Part shown: piece after piece, positions 23,283 to 33,475 of the stretch
Layout: each line of letters starts with the position of its first letter
Numbering within the stretch: the first letter of the stretch is position 1
From: an uncultured Phycisphaerales bacterium
GTDB lineage: Bacteria > Planctomycetota > Phycisphaerae > Sedimentisphaerales > Anaerobacaceae
Direction: 5' to 3'
Length of the DNA: 64,000 bases
NCBI GenBank assembly: GCA_963772725.1
Contig: CAVYYI010000001.1
Coordinates: forward strand, 64,001-128,000
Position numbers and translations under genes: made by a program
The notes under the pieces: model-generated
What the model saw: only the letters and a program-made list of their open reading frames with translations
Database searches by the model: none
Told to the model about the DNA's origin: nothing

Positions 23283-24665
23283 ATGAAAGCAAAGCTGTTT
23301 ATGATTGGTGTCGTGGCATTTGCGATGTTTATCGCTGGCTGCGGTAATGCACAGAAGAGTACAAAGGCATTAAAGGGCGAAAATGAGAAGCGGCTGGCTA
23401 ATCCGCCTCAATGGTTCCAGGACGCCAAGTTCGGGATGTTCATACACTGGGGAATATACAGCGTTCCGGCGCGAGGCATATGGGTGATGCACAGAGAAAA
23501 GATGACCATCAAACAGTATGAACCGTATGCGACACAATTTAATCCGACGGAGTTTGACCCCGCGGAATGGGTACGAATAGCTAAAGACGCGGGGATGAAA
23601 TATATCACCATCACGAGCAAGCATCATGACGGATTCTGTATGTGGGATACGAAACTGACGGACTGGGACATCATGGACGCCAGTCCATATAAGAAGGACA
23701 TACTGAAAATGCTTGCGGATGAATGCAAGAAGCAGGATATGCCTTTGTTCTTTTATTATTCGCAACTGGACTTGCATCACCCGGATTATTTTCCGCGGGG
23801 CAGGACTGGGGAATATTCGGGCAGGCCTGAAAGCGGCAACTGGGACAATTACATAAAATATATGAATGCTCAGCTTGCGGAACTGTGCAGCGGAAGATAC
23901 GGTAAAATAGCCGGTATTTGGTTCGATGGCTGGTGGGATCAGCATCCAAAAGATAAAAGCCTGTGGAAAGGAGACCCAAGAATGACATCCGTTGACTGGC
24001 ATCTTCAGGAGACTTATGACTTGATTCATTCTTTGCAGCCCAAGGCGATGATTGGCAATAATCATCATGTTGCGCCATTTCCGGGTGAGGATTTTCAGAT
24101 GTTCGAGCGGGGAGTGCCTGGCAGCAACCCTTACAGCGAAACAAAGGGAACATCAAAGCTGCCTCTTGAGACATGTGATACGCTGAACAAGTCGTGGTGT
24201 TATAACTCGAGCGATAAGAATTTCAAAAGCACGGAAGAGGTGGTTCATTATATTGTTAAGGCAGCGGGGAACAACGCGAATCTGCTGCTGAATGTCGGGC
24301 CAATGCCGACGGGCAAGATACAACCGGAATTTGTTGAAAGACTCAAAGAGGTTGGCAAATGGATGAAAGTAAATGGCGAAACAATTTACGGCACCCGCGG
24401 CGGGCCGGTACCACCACAGGACTGGGGATATTCAACGCGTAAAGACAATAAAGTATATCTGCATATTGTTAAGGTAAAGGCTGGCGACGAGATTGTCGTG
24501 CCGGGTTTGTCCGCAAAGAATATTAACAGCGCAAAGCTTTTCAAAACCGGCAAAAATGTAAAACATTCTCAAGCTGATAATGCGTTGAAAATACAATTAG
24601 AGGCTTCTCAGATAAACAATATCGATACGATAGTCGTACTCGATATGAAAAATATCAAAATCTAA
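23283..24665 (+). CDS. Alpha-L-fucosidase GH29 (lipoprotein)
   Basis: WFQDAKFGMFIHWG, TSKHHDGF, WFDG, LLNVGP; lipobox IAGC. Confidence 0.92.
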   Translation: MKAKLFMIGVVAFAMFIAGCGNAQKSTKALKGENEKRLANPPQWFQDAKFGMFIHWGIYSVPARGIWVMHREKMTIKQYEPYATQFNPTEFDPAEWVRIAKDAGMKYITITSKHHDGFCMWDTKLTDWDIMDASPYKKDILKMLADECKKQDMPLFFYYSQLDLHHPDYFPRGRTGEYSGRPESGNWDNYIKYMNAQLAELCSGRYGKIAGIWFDGWWDQHPKDKSLWKGDPRMTSVDWHLQETYDLIHSLQPKAMIGNNHHVAPFPGEDFQMFERGVPGSNPYSETKGTSKLPLETCDTLNKSWCYNSSDKNFKSTEEVVHYIVKAAGNNANLLLNVGPMPTGKIQPEFVERLKEVGKWMKVNGETIYGTRGGPVPPQDWGYSTRKDNKVYLHIVKVKAGDEIVVPGLSAKNINSAKLFKTGKNVKHSQADNALKIQLEASQINNIDTIVVLDMKNIKI

Positions 24666-24684
24666 ATAAATGGAGAGCCAAACC

Positions 24685-26014
24685 ATGAAAAAAATGATGA
24701 TGATAAATATTGTTATTGTGCTGATGGCAGCTTCTGGAGTGTCTTTCGGCAAAGATGCAAACAATGGCAATAAGCTGAAAATCGAGAAAGACAAGTCCGC
24801 GATAACTTCGGAAGAACGTGCCAAATGGTTTCAGGATGCCAAATTCGGTATGTTCATTCACTGGGGACTTTACGCAGTACCTGCCGGGGAATGGAAAGGC
24901 CATGAAGTTAAAGGTATCGGTGAATGGGTGATGTTCCGGGAGAAGATACCTGTAGCTGAATATGAGCAATTAGCAAAACAGTTTAACCCGGTAAAGTTCG
25001 ACGCCGATGCGTCGGCACAAGTGGCGCAGGACGCTGGAATGAAATATATGGTGATTACCGCCAAACATCATGACGGATTCGCAATGTACGATTCCAAGGT
25101 GAGTAAATACGATATAGTTGACGCCACACCATTTAAGCGGGACCCGATGAAAGAGCTTGCGGCGGCATGCGCCAAACGCGGGATAAAGTTCGGTTTCTAT
25201 TATTCACAGGCGCAGGACTGGCATGAGAAAGACGCAGTGGGCAATACCTGGGACTGGCCAAATGAGGATGAAAAGGATTTCGCCAAGTACCTCGAAGAGA
25301 AGGTAAAGCCGCAGGTCAGGGAGCTTTTGACACAGTATGGGCCTGTATGTCTGATATGGTTTGATACTCCTAAGAAAATAAGCAAAGAACAGAGCCAGAT
25401 GCTGACAGATTTTGTTCATTCTATTCAGCCTGCCTGCCTTGTAAGCGGTCGGGTGGGACATGAAGCCGGCGATTATCAAGAGACAGGCGACAATAAAATT
25501 CCAGCTCAAGATATGGGCGGACCCTGGGAGAAGCTGCGGAACTATAAATGATACGTGGGGCTACAAGAAGAATGATAACAATTGGAAATCGAGCGAAACT
25601 CTGATTCAAAATCTTGTAAAACTTTCGTGCAATAACGGCAATTACCTGTTGAATGTAGGACCAACGGCACAAGGTGTTATCCCGGAGCCAAGTGTTGAGA
25701 GATTAAGGGAAGTGGGCAAATGGCTCAAAGTCAACGGCGAAAGCATCTATGGCACAACAGCCAGTCCGATAGGTGAATTCAGCTGGGGTAAATGCACGGC
25801 AAAACCGGGGAAACTTTATCTTCACGTATTTACCTGGCCGGCAAACGGCAAACTTGAAGTGACTGGTCTGAAAAAGGAAGTTAAAAAGGCGTATCTGCTT
25901 GCTGACAAAGATAAGGCCGCTCTTTCAGTAAAAACCGAAGCGGACAAGGCTGTGATCGATGTTCCGGAAAAAGCCCCTGACGCATTTGATACTGTTGTTG
26001 TGCTTGAAATATGA
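24685..26014 (+). CDS. Alpha-L-fucosidase GH29 (secreted; frameshift near 25530)
   Basis: WFQDAKFGMFIHWG, TAKHHDGF, WFDTP, then TINDTWGY and YLLNVGP in the next frame. Confidence 0.9.
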
Positions 26015-26055
26015 ACTTAAAAGTTAGAATGTTTGTTAAAGATAAGGAGTGAACT

Positions 26056-26346
26056 ATGAAACTTAGGCCTTTGGATGACGGAGTGATAGTAAAGCAGCTT
26101 GATGCCGAGGAAAAGACCGCGGGCGGAATTATTCTGCCTGATACGGCCAAAGAGAAACCACAGATGGGAAAGGTAATAGCAATCGGACCAGGCAAAATAC
26201 TGGAAAACGGAAAAGAGAAAAAAATGGCCGTAAAAAAGAACGATGAGGTTATTTACGGCAAATACATTGGAAATGAAGTGGAAATCGACGGCGAAAAATA
26301 TGTAATTCTCCGGGAAAACGATATTCTGGGAATAATCGAAAAATAA
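26056..26346 (+). CDS. groS: Co-chaperonin GroES
   Basis: [21 protein letters not shown] motifs. Confidence 0.97.
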   Translation: MKLRPLDDGVIVKQLDAEEKTAGGIILPDTAKEKPQMGKVIAIGPGKILENGKEKKMAVKKNDEVIYGKYIGNEVEIDGEKYVILRENDILGIIEK

Positions 26347-26361
26347 GAGAGGTAATTAACT

Positions 26362-27982
26362 ATGGCAAAGCAATTAATGTTTGACGAATCAGCAAGAACA
26401 GAACTTAAGGACGGTATGAGTCAACTGGCAGCGGCGGTCAAGGTAACTCTTGGGCCGACCGGCAAGAATGTAATTCTGCATAAAAGCTACGGCTCGCCCA
26501 AAGTGACAAAGGACGGCGTCTCAGTCAGCAAGGAAATCGAACTGCCCGAGCCGTTCAAGAATATGGGCGCAAAAATGGTAAACCAGGTCGCCAGCAAAAC
26601 AGCGGACGTCGTCGGCGACGGCACGACCACTGCGACGGTTCTTGCCGAGGCGATTTATGGTGAAGGATTGAAGTACGTCACCGCCGGCGCAAATCCGGTG
26701 GCGATTCAGCGAGGCATAAATAAGGCTGCCGAAGTCGCGGCAAAATACATCAAGTCGGTCAGCGTGCCGGTCAAGGGCCACAGCGACATCGCAAAGGTGG
26801 CGACCATCAGCGCCAACAACAACCCTGAAATCGGCGAAATTCTTGCCGACGCGATTGACAAAGTCGGCAAAGAAGGCGTCATCGAGGTCGAAGAAGGCAA
26901 GGGGATGGAAACTGAACTGACCGTCGTCGAAGGTATGCAGTTCGACAAAGGCTACATCTCGCCTTATTTTATGACCAATCCGAACACACTCGAAGCGGTT
27001 CTCGAAGACGCGTATATTCTTCTGCACGAAAAGAAGCTCACTAACATGCGTGAAATGCTGCCCTTGCTTGAAAAGATCGCCCAGGTCGGCAAACCTCTTC
27101 TGATTATCGCGGAAGATGTTGAAGGCGACGCATTGGCGGCGCTGGTAATTAACCGCTTCAGGGTATGCTAAAGATTTGCGCGGTCAAAGCACCTGGCTTC
27201 GGCGACCGCAGAAAAGCGATGCTTGCCGATATGGGTGTTGTAACCGGCGGCGAGGTAATTACCGAAGATTTGGGCATAAAACTCGAGAAGATCGAGCTTT
27301 CGCAGCTTGGTAAGGCCAAAAAAATTGTCGTCGGCAAGGAAAACACAACGATAATCGAAGGCGCCGGCAAGAAGAAAGAAATAACAGCTCGCTGCGAACA
27401 GATCCGCAAACAGATCGAAAAAACAACCAGCAGTTACGACAGCGAAAAACTTCAGGAACGTCTGGCAAAACTGACCGGCGGCGTAGCGGTCATTAAGGCT
27501 GGAGCGGCGACCGAAACCGAAATGAAGGAACGCAAGGACCTTCTCGATGACGCACTGCACGCCACCAGGGCGGCAACCGAAGAAGGCGTTGTTGCCGGCG
27601 GCGGTATAATTTTCCTGCGGGCTATCCCGGAGATTAAAGCGGCAAGGCAAAGGTCAAAGGCGATGAGAAAATCGGCTTCGATATCGTCGCCAATGCGCTT
27701 AAGGCCCCGACGACTCAGATTGTGGACAATTCCGGCGAATATGGCGATGTGATTGTCGCGGAGCTTCTTGAAAAACTTGAAAAGGATAAAAACGCAGGTT
27801 ACGACGCCAATATCGGTGAGTTTGTCGATATGTTCAAGGCCGGCATTATTGACCCGGCAAAGGTCGCCCGAACCGCTCTGCAGAATGCGGCCTCGGTTGC
27901 AGGACTTATGCTGACGACCAACGTGCTGATCACTGATCTGAAGGATAAGGACGAGGCTCCGGCTGCCGGTGCGGTAAGATAA
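26362..27982 (+). CDS. groL: Chaperonin GroEL (paralogue 2, no GGM tail; frameshifts near 27160 and 27650)
   Basis: [32 protein letters not shown] across three frames. Confidence 0.95.
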
Positions 27983-28031
27983 TATTGAGAAGATGCACCT
28001 TTGCGGCATTGCATTATAACGAGAGGAATAT

Positions 28032-29164
28032 ATGGCAAAACGGGATTATTACGAGGTTCTGGGCGTAGACAAGGACGCTTCCGCTGATGATATAAAACGC
28101 GCCTATCGCCGGATGGCGATGAAGTATCATCCCGACAAAAACCCCGGCGATAAGGAGGCTGAAGCGAAATTCAAGGAATGCGCCGAGGCTTACGAGGTTC
28201 TCAGCGACGCCGACAAACGCCGGCAGTACGACCAGTTCGGCCACGAGGGGCTTCGCGGTTCGGGCATGCACGATTTTTCGCAGATGACGTGGACGACATC
28301 TTCAGCATGTTCGACCTCGACGATTTGTTCGGCGGATTCTTCGGCGGAAGAACCAGAACTTCAGGCAGAAGAGGCGGCGTGACCCGCGGTTACGACCTCG
28401 AAACCACAGTGGAACTAACGCTTGGTGAAATCGCCAAAGGCACCGAAAAAACAATTGAGTTCACTCGCCAGGATGTATGCACGGAATGTAGCGGGACGGC
28501 CTGTGCTAAAGGGACATCGCCAACAACGTGTCCATCGTGCAGCGGCAGCGGACAGGTCGCAAGGGGCGGCGGATTTTTCCAGATGGTCTCCACGTGCCCT
28601 CAATGCAGAGGGACAGGGAAAATAATAAGCACGCCCTGCAAGGAATGTCACGGCAGCGGCACTATTCCAAAGAAAAGAGTAGTTACGGTCAAAATTCCGG
28701 CGGGCGTTCACGAGGGACAGGGCATCAGGATTGCCAATGAAGGCGAACCAGGACAGGGCGGCGGCCCGAGAGGCGACCTTTATTGCTATATCAGGATAAA
28801 GCCGCATGAGTTTTTGCAGCGGGATGGAAGCAGCCTGATTGCGGTTGTCCCGATAAGTTTTACGCAGGCGGCGCTGGGAGCGACTATTGATGTGCCGAGT
28901 CTTAACGGTACCAAGCAACTAAAGATACCGGCAGGCACGCAGTATGGCAGCGTGTTCAGAATAAAAGGCGAGGGTCTGCCTGACATGCGAACCGGTCGCA
29001 GAGGCGACCAGCTTGTGCAGATTACAATTGAGACACCCGTGAAACTCAACGCTCAGCAGCAGCAGCTTTTGACAGAGTTTACCAAAACTGAGAATAAAAG
29101 CGTTTCGCCGCAATCGGCGGGGTTCTTCGAAAAATTAAAAAGATATTTTGGTAATGGCGTATGA
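28032..29164 (+). CDS. dnaJ: Chaperone DnaJ (frameshift near 28290)
   Basis: J-domain HPD, G/F region, four CxxCxGxG-type repeats. Confidence 0.95.
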
Positions 29165-29781
29165 AGCATAAAGATTCGGAAAAATCAAAAGAAGAAAAAC
29201 CTGCTGGTGAGCAGCAAAACCAGCAGGAAAATGCCCCCCACGCCGCTGAAAAGGAATTGCAGGAGCTTGCCGCCAAGGCAGAGACGCTGCAAAAAGAAAA
29301 AGATGAGCTTTTTGCCAAGCTCCAGCGGCTAAGCGCGGACTATCTGAATTTTCAAAAGCGTGTGCCAAAACAAATCGAGGAGGCGGTTATTTACGAAAAA
29401 GAAAAGATGGTCAAAATGCTTCTGCCCTCGCTGGATAATTTTGAGCGTACTCTTAATAACATTGAGAAAGTTGACAACATTAAAAGCCTCTCCGCCGGTA
29501 TAAAAATTGTTTATGACCAGATGCTCGAAATCCTGAAAACTCACGGCGCCGAGCAGATAAGCGAAATCGGTGAGAAATTCGACCCTTCGCTTCACGAGGC
29601 GGTAGTTCAGCAGAACGAGGAGACAAAGGAAGATAATATAGTTCTTGAAGAGTTTCAAAAAGGCTACCGGATGAGCGGAAGGACGATAAGGCCCAGTAAA
29701 GTCGCGGTAAATAAGCTGCTGCCGAAAACCCCTGCGCAGGAGGAGTCGTCGGAAGAGCCTGAAACGACGGACACGGAGTGA
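29161..29781 (+). CDS. grpE: Nucleotide exchange factor GrpE
   Basis: RLSADYLNFQKR, FDPSLHEAV, QKGY…RPSKVAV. Confidence 0.95.
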   Translation: MKHKDSEKSKEEKPAGEQQNQQENAPHAAEKELQELAAKAETLQKEKDELFAKLQRLSADYLNFQKRVPKQIEEAVIYEKEKMVKMLLPSLDNFERTLNNIEKVDNIKSLSAGIKIVYDQMLEILKTHGAEQISEIGEKFDPSLHEAVVQQNEETKEDNIVLEEFQKGYRMSGRTIRPSKVAVNKLLPKTPAQEESSEEPETTDTE

Positions 29782-29786
29782 TTTAG

Positions 29787-30074
29787 ATGCCTACTTATGA
29801 TTATATTTGCCAGAGCTGCGAGGGCGAATTTGAGCAGTTTCAATCCATAACGGCCAAGCCCATCCGGCGATGCCCTCTATGCGGCAAGAACAAGGTAAAA
29901 CGCCTCATCGGCACCGGCGCCGGCGTGATTTTCAAAGGCTCTGGTTTTTATCAGACCGATTACCGAAGCGAAAGCTACAAAGCCGGAAAGAAAAATGAAA
30001 AGACCGCCCCTGAAAGTTCATCAGAAAAAACGAGCAAGCCTGTCAAGCCAAAGCCAGAGAAAAAAAGTCCCTAA
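29787..30074 (+). CDS. FmdB-family zinc-ribbon regulatory protein
   Basis: MPTYDYICQSC…CPLCG…FKGSGFYQTDY. Confidence 0.9.
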   Translation: MPTYDYICQSCEGEFEQFQSITAKPIRRCPLCGKNKVKRLIGTGAGVIFKGSGFYQTDYRSESYKAGKKNEKTAPESSSEKTSKPVKPKPEKKSP

Positions 30075-30119
30075 CACACATTTTTCTTATAAATATTTGA
30101 CCCTAACTTGAATAGTATC

Positions 30120-30183
30120 TGCGCAAAATGGTTACTATTTTGCGCAAAATAGGGTTTACTTAGTCTGATAATTGTGCTATAAT
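30120..30183 (+). promoter_or_regulatory. Sigma70 promoter of the secreted-enzyme cluster with tandem operator
   Basis: TTTACT(30155)-17-TATAAT(30178) with extended TG; direct repeat TGCGCAAAAT at 30120 and 30141. Confidence 0.6.
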
Positions 30184-30300
30184 ACAATATTGTTACCGTG
30201 GTTAGAATGTTTGCTGTTTGGCAACATTTTGTAATCCGGGTCAGGATGGTTAAATATACCCAGCATTTTCGGATATCCTACCGGGATGGAGGTAAAAGGG

Positions 30301-33300
30301 ATGAGTTCGATTATTTGTAAAAAAACAATACTCTTAATGATTCTGGGCTCGTTGCTGATTTGGACGGGTCATGTCTTTGGAGCGACATATACCTGGGACT
30401 ATGATGGAACTGACAGGCTCTGGAAAACGGCGGCAAATTGGTCATCGGATACTGTGCCGACAAGTGCCGATAACGCACAGATAGATTCATCCGGTGCAAA
30501 CAAACCGATTATCGATTTGACACATACCGGCGCCAGTCAAGCAATATGCGCTTACACTTATGTGGGGTACGGTTCAGGCGCCACAGGTGAACTTTCCATG
30601 ACAGGCGGCCTGTGGACTGCGGCAAGCAGTTATGTAGTACCCGGCTACAGCGGCACCGGCACAATTACAATGAGCGGCGGCACGCTTGATGCGAGCGCCG
30701 CAAGCGGCATTATTGTCGGCTGGTATCCCGGCAGCACGGGAACTTTTACTATCAGCGGCGGCAGCGTGAACGCCAACAAGGCCGGAGCCTCGGGCATCAG
30801 GTGCGGCTATAACGGCAGCGGCGCAATAAATATGACGGGCGGCTCAGTTCTGGCTCTTCAGATGCTTATTCCTTATACCGCAGGCAGCACCGGACGTTTG
30901 CATTTGGACGGCGGCAGACTCGAACTGACATCCAGCACATTTACGATAAATACTGGCGGCCTGGTGGATATCAGCGGAGGTACGCTGATAATCAGCGGCG
31001 ACGTTAGGACAGCAATAAGCGATTATTTCGATAACGGCAAGATTACCGCATTCGACGGCGAAGGATTCCTTAATGTAACGTACGCAAGCAGTAAGACAAC
31101 AGTAACAGCAAGGCCGTTTGTTTTGACTTTCAGCGATGATTTCAGTGGAAGCACGCTTGACTGCAATATTTGGCAGAATCCCCATTGGAGCCCAGGCTCT
31201 AACCGATTCAGCCAAAATATCGAGGTGAGCGGCGGTAAGCTTAAACTAAACAGTGTCTATAATGCCCCCTGGTATCCTGGTGCGTGGAGCTTTGGCACGA
31301 TTAGTTCAAAATTCTGGCAGCATTATGGTCGTTTTGTAACTTCATATAAATGTGCTAATGATAGCGTTTTAAACCAGGCATTCTGGTTAAATACCCCCGA
31401 ATTCGGCGATGACCCGGATGGTGCTTATGTTTCTGTTGCGGACCAGGATGACCGCTTCGAGATAGATATCCAGGAGACACACGTCAACCCCGACCAGCTG
31501 CGTATGAACCTTCACGACTGGAGACCTACCCATACTTCAACAGGTGCGACAGTAGTAGGGGTAAGCGGGTTAGAAGATAGTTACCATACGTTTGGTTTCA
31601 CATGGTTTAACGACGGCACCGATAAAATGAAATGGGATTACGATGGAGTTAAACAGCGAGAGACCACATGGTCTCATGGTAAAACCAGTTCTGTAATGGA
31701 AGTGTTGTTCAGTACCCTCTTTGGCGACAACGCCGCTACTATGGAGGTCGATTGGGTAAAGGTTTATGAATGGCCTACTTACTGGACAGATGGTTCTTAC
31801 ACCTTCCCGAAGTGCACCATCGAGGCTGGTAATAGAGACGCTTTCACCAAGACCTTTGTGATTATGAACGATACTGGCAATATCGTAAACTTTACCGGTG
31901 TCAATGCAGAAATAACAGGAACGGATGCTAATCAGTTCAGTTGCAGCCTTGATTCGAGCAGCTCAATTCCCGCGGGCAAATACCGTCTTGTGTCGGTAAC
32001 TTTCGCACCAACAAGTACGGGAAGTAAATCGGCTGCTTTGAAGATTTACACCGATTATCCCGGCAGAGCGACAACAACTGTCAATCTTACCGGCCTGGCG
32101 GAAACCGCAAAGGCAACAAATCCAAGTCCTTCTAATGGTGCAACAGGCGTGAGCAGGACCGCCGACCTTAGCTGGACAAACGGTTTCTTTTCAAAAAATC
32201 AGGATATATATTTCGGGACAAGTTACGATGCGGTATCTACCGCAACAACTGCATCCGGTGAATACAAAGGCAGGAAAACAACCACAACTTATGATTTGGG
32301 TATTTTGGATTATAATACCACATATTACTGGGCGATTGATGAGGTAGATTTCTACAGCGGCCACAGCAAAACTGACCCCAACTTTGATGTTATAACTCCG
32401 GGAACAATATGGAGTTTTACAACAAGGACCCAACAGGTGCCGGGCAAAGCCGGCAATCCTGAGCCAGCCGATTCTGCTGCAGGTGTCAGTACAGAAGCCG
32501 ATTTGAACTGGAGCGCCGGTACCGACGCCGATAATTACGATGTTTATTTCGGCACTTCAAGCCCCGGCACATTCTGCGGTAACCAGGCAACAACCCGGTT
32601 TTGGCCTGGTACGATGGAGCCATATACCACTTACTATTGGCATGTAGATGCGAATAATAGCTTGGGTAAAACAGCAGGCGATATCTGGAGTTTTACAACC
32701 GGACAAGCAACCTCTCTTATTGAACCGAATAATCTGGCTGCGACAGCCTACAATAATTATACCGGCCGCGAGGCGATATATGCCGTCAATGGCGCTGGTA
32801 TAAATGGGCTGTCGCATGTATCTGATACGCCGACTGCCAAGATGTGGCAGGGTGCAAACAGTACCCTGCCGAAATGGTTTAAGGTTGACCTCGGCGATAT
32901 TTATTACCTGGATATTATGAAGATTTATAATTTTAACTGGTCAGGATACACATCTCGCGGAAGTAAGCAGATTGACGTTTATTATTCCAGTTCGGTTAAT
33001 GACCCGGGTAATCCGGTTGATAATCCATCTAACTGGACATTATTTGGAACGGCGGAAACAACTGAACTGCTCGATGCGTCCGGAAGGAGTGACTACGGCG
33101 TAAACAATAATTACAACATGCCGGATAAAATCAGTTTTAATGGCGTTGCGGCCCGCTGGGTATCTTTGAAAATAAACAGTCATTATGGCGGTAATTACTG
33201 TGGCCTGAGCGAGGTACAGTTTTATGGAAAGCCGGCATTTGGAGATTTAAATAGCGATGGCAAGGTTGATATTAAAGATTTAGCAACTTTTACTTTGTAC

Positions 33301-33417
33301 TGGCTCGAAGACGGGCATATCGGCCAGGATTGCCCACAGCAACCGACAGGAGATTTTAATAGCGATTGCATAGTTGATTTTGCCGATTTTGCGATAATGG
33401 CTTCAAACTGGTTATGA
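30301..33417 (+). CDS. Secreted modular GH16-like protein (Gly-rich beta-repeat N-terminus, GH16-like domain, Ig/Fn3-like modules, discoidin-like, dockerin-like tail)
   Basis: FSDDFSG, catalytic-type EIDIQE, MEVDWVKVY; GDLNSDGKVD…GDFNSDC tail. Confidence 0.8.
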   Translation: MSSIICKKTILLMILGSLLIWTGHVFGATYTWDYDGTDRLWKTAANWSSDTVPTSADNAQIDSSGANKPIIDLTHTGASQAICAYTYVGYGSGATGELSMTGGLWTAASSYVVPGYSGTGTITMSGGTLDASAASGIIVGWYPGSTGTFTISGGSVNANKAGASGIRCGYNGSGAINMTGGSVLALQMLIPYTAGSTGRLHLDGGRLELTSSTFTINTGGLVDISGGTLIISGDVRTAISDYFDNGKITAFDGEGFLNVTYASSKTTVTARPFVLTFSDDFSGSTLDCNIWQNPHWSPGSNRFSQNIEVSGGKLKLNSVYNAPWYPGAWSFGTISSKFWQHYGRFVTSYKCANDSVLNQAFWLNTPEFGDDPDGAYVSVADQDDRFEIDIQETHVNPDQLRMNLHDWRPTHTSTGATVVGVSGLEDSYHTFGFTWFNDGTDKMKWDYDGVKQRETTWSHGKTSSVMEVLFSTLFGDNAATMEVDWVKVYEWPTYWTDGSYTFPKCTIEAGNRDAFTKTFVIMNDTGNIVNFTGVNAEITGTDANQFSCSLDSSSSIPAGKYRLVSVTFAPTSTGSKSAALKIYTDYPGRATTTVNLTGLAETAKATNPSPSNGATGVSRTADLSWTNGFFSKNQDIYFGTSYDAVSTATTASGEYKGRKTTTTYDLGILDYNTTYYWAIDEVDFYSGHSKTDPNFDVITPGTIWSFTTRTQQVPGKAGNPEPADSAAGVSTEADLNWSAGTDADNYDVYFGTSSPGTFCGNQATTRFWPGTMEPYTTYYWHVDANNSLGKTAGDIWSFTTGQATSLIEPNNLAATAYNNYTGREAIYAVNGAGINGLSHVSDTPTAKMWQGANSTLPKWFKVDLGDIYYLDIMKIYNFNWSGYTSRGSKQIDVYYSSSVNDPGNPVDNPSNWTLFGTAETTELLDASGRSDYGVNNNYNMPDKISFNGVAARWVSLKINSHYGGNYCGLSEVQFYGKPAFGDLNSDGKVDIKDLATFTLYWLEDGHIGQDCPQQPTGDFNSDCIVDFADFAIMASNWL

Positions 33418-33475
33418 TAAGAAATCAGAAAAAATTACAAATATTTATCGATTTGCACGGAGCAGGGAGAATATT

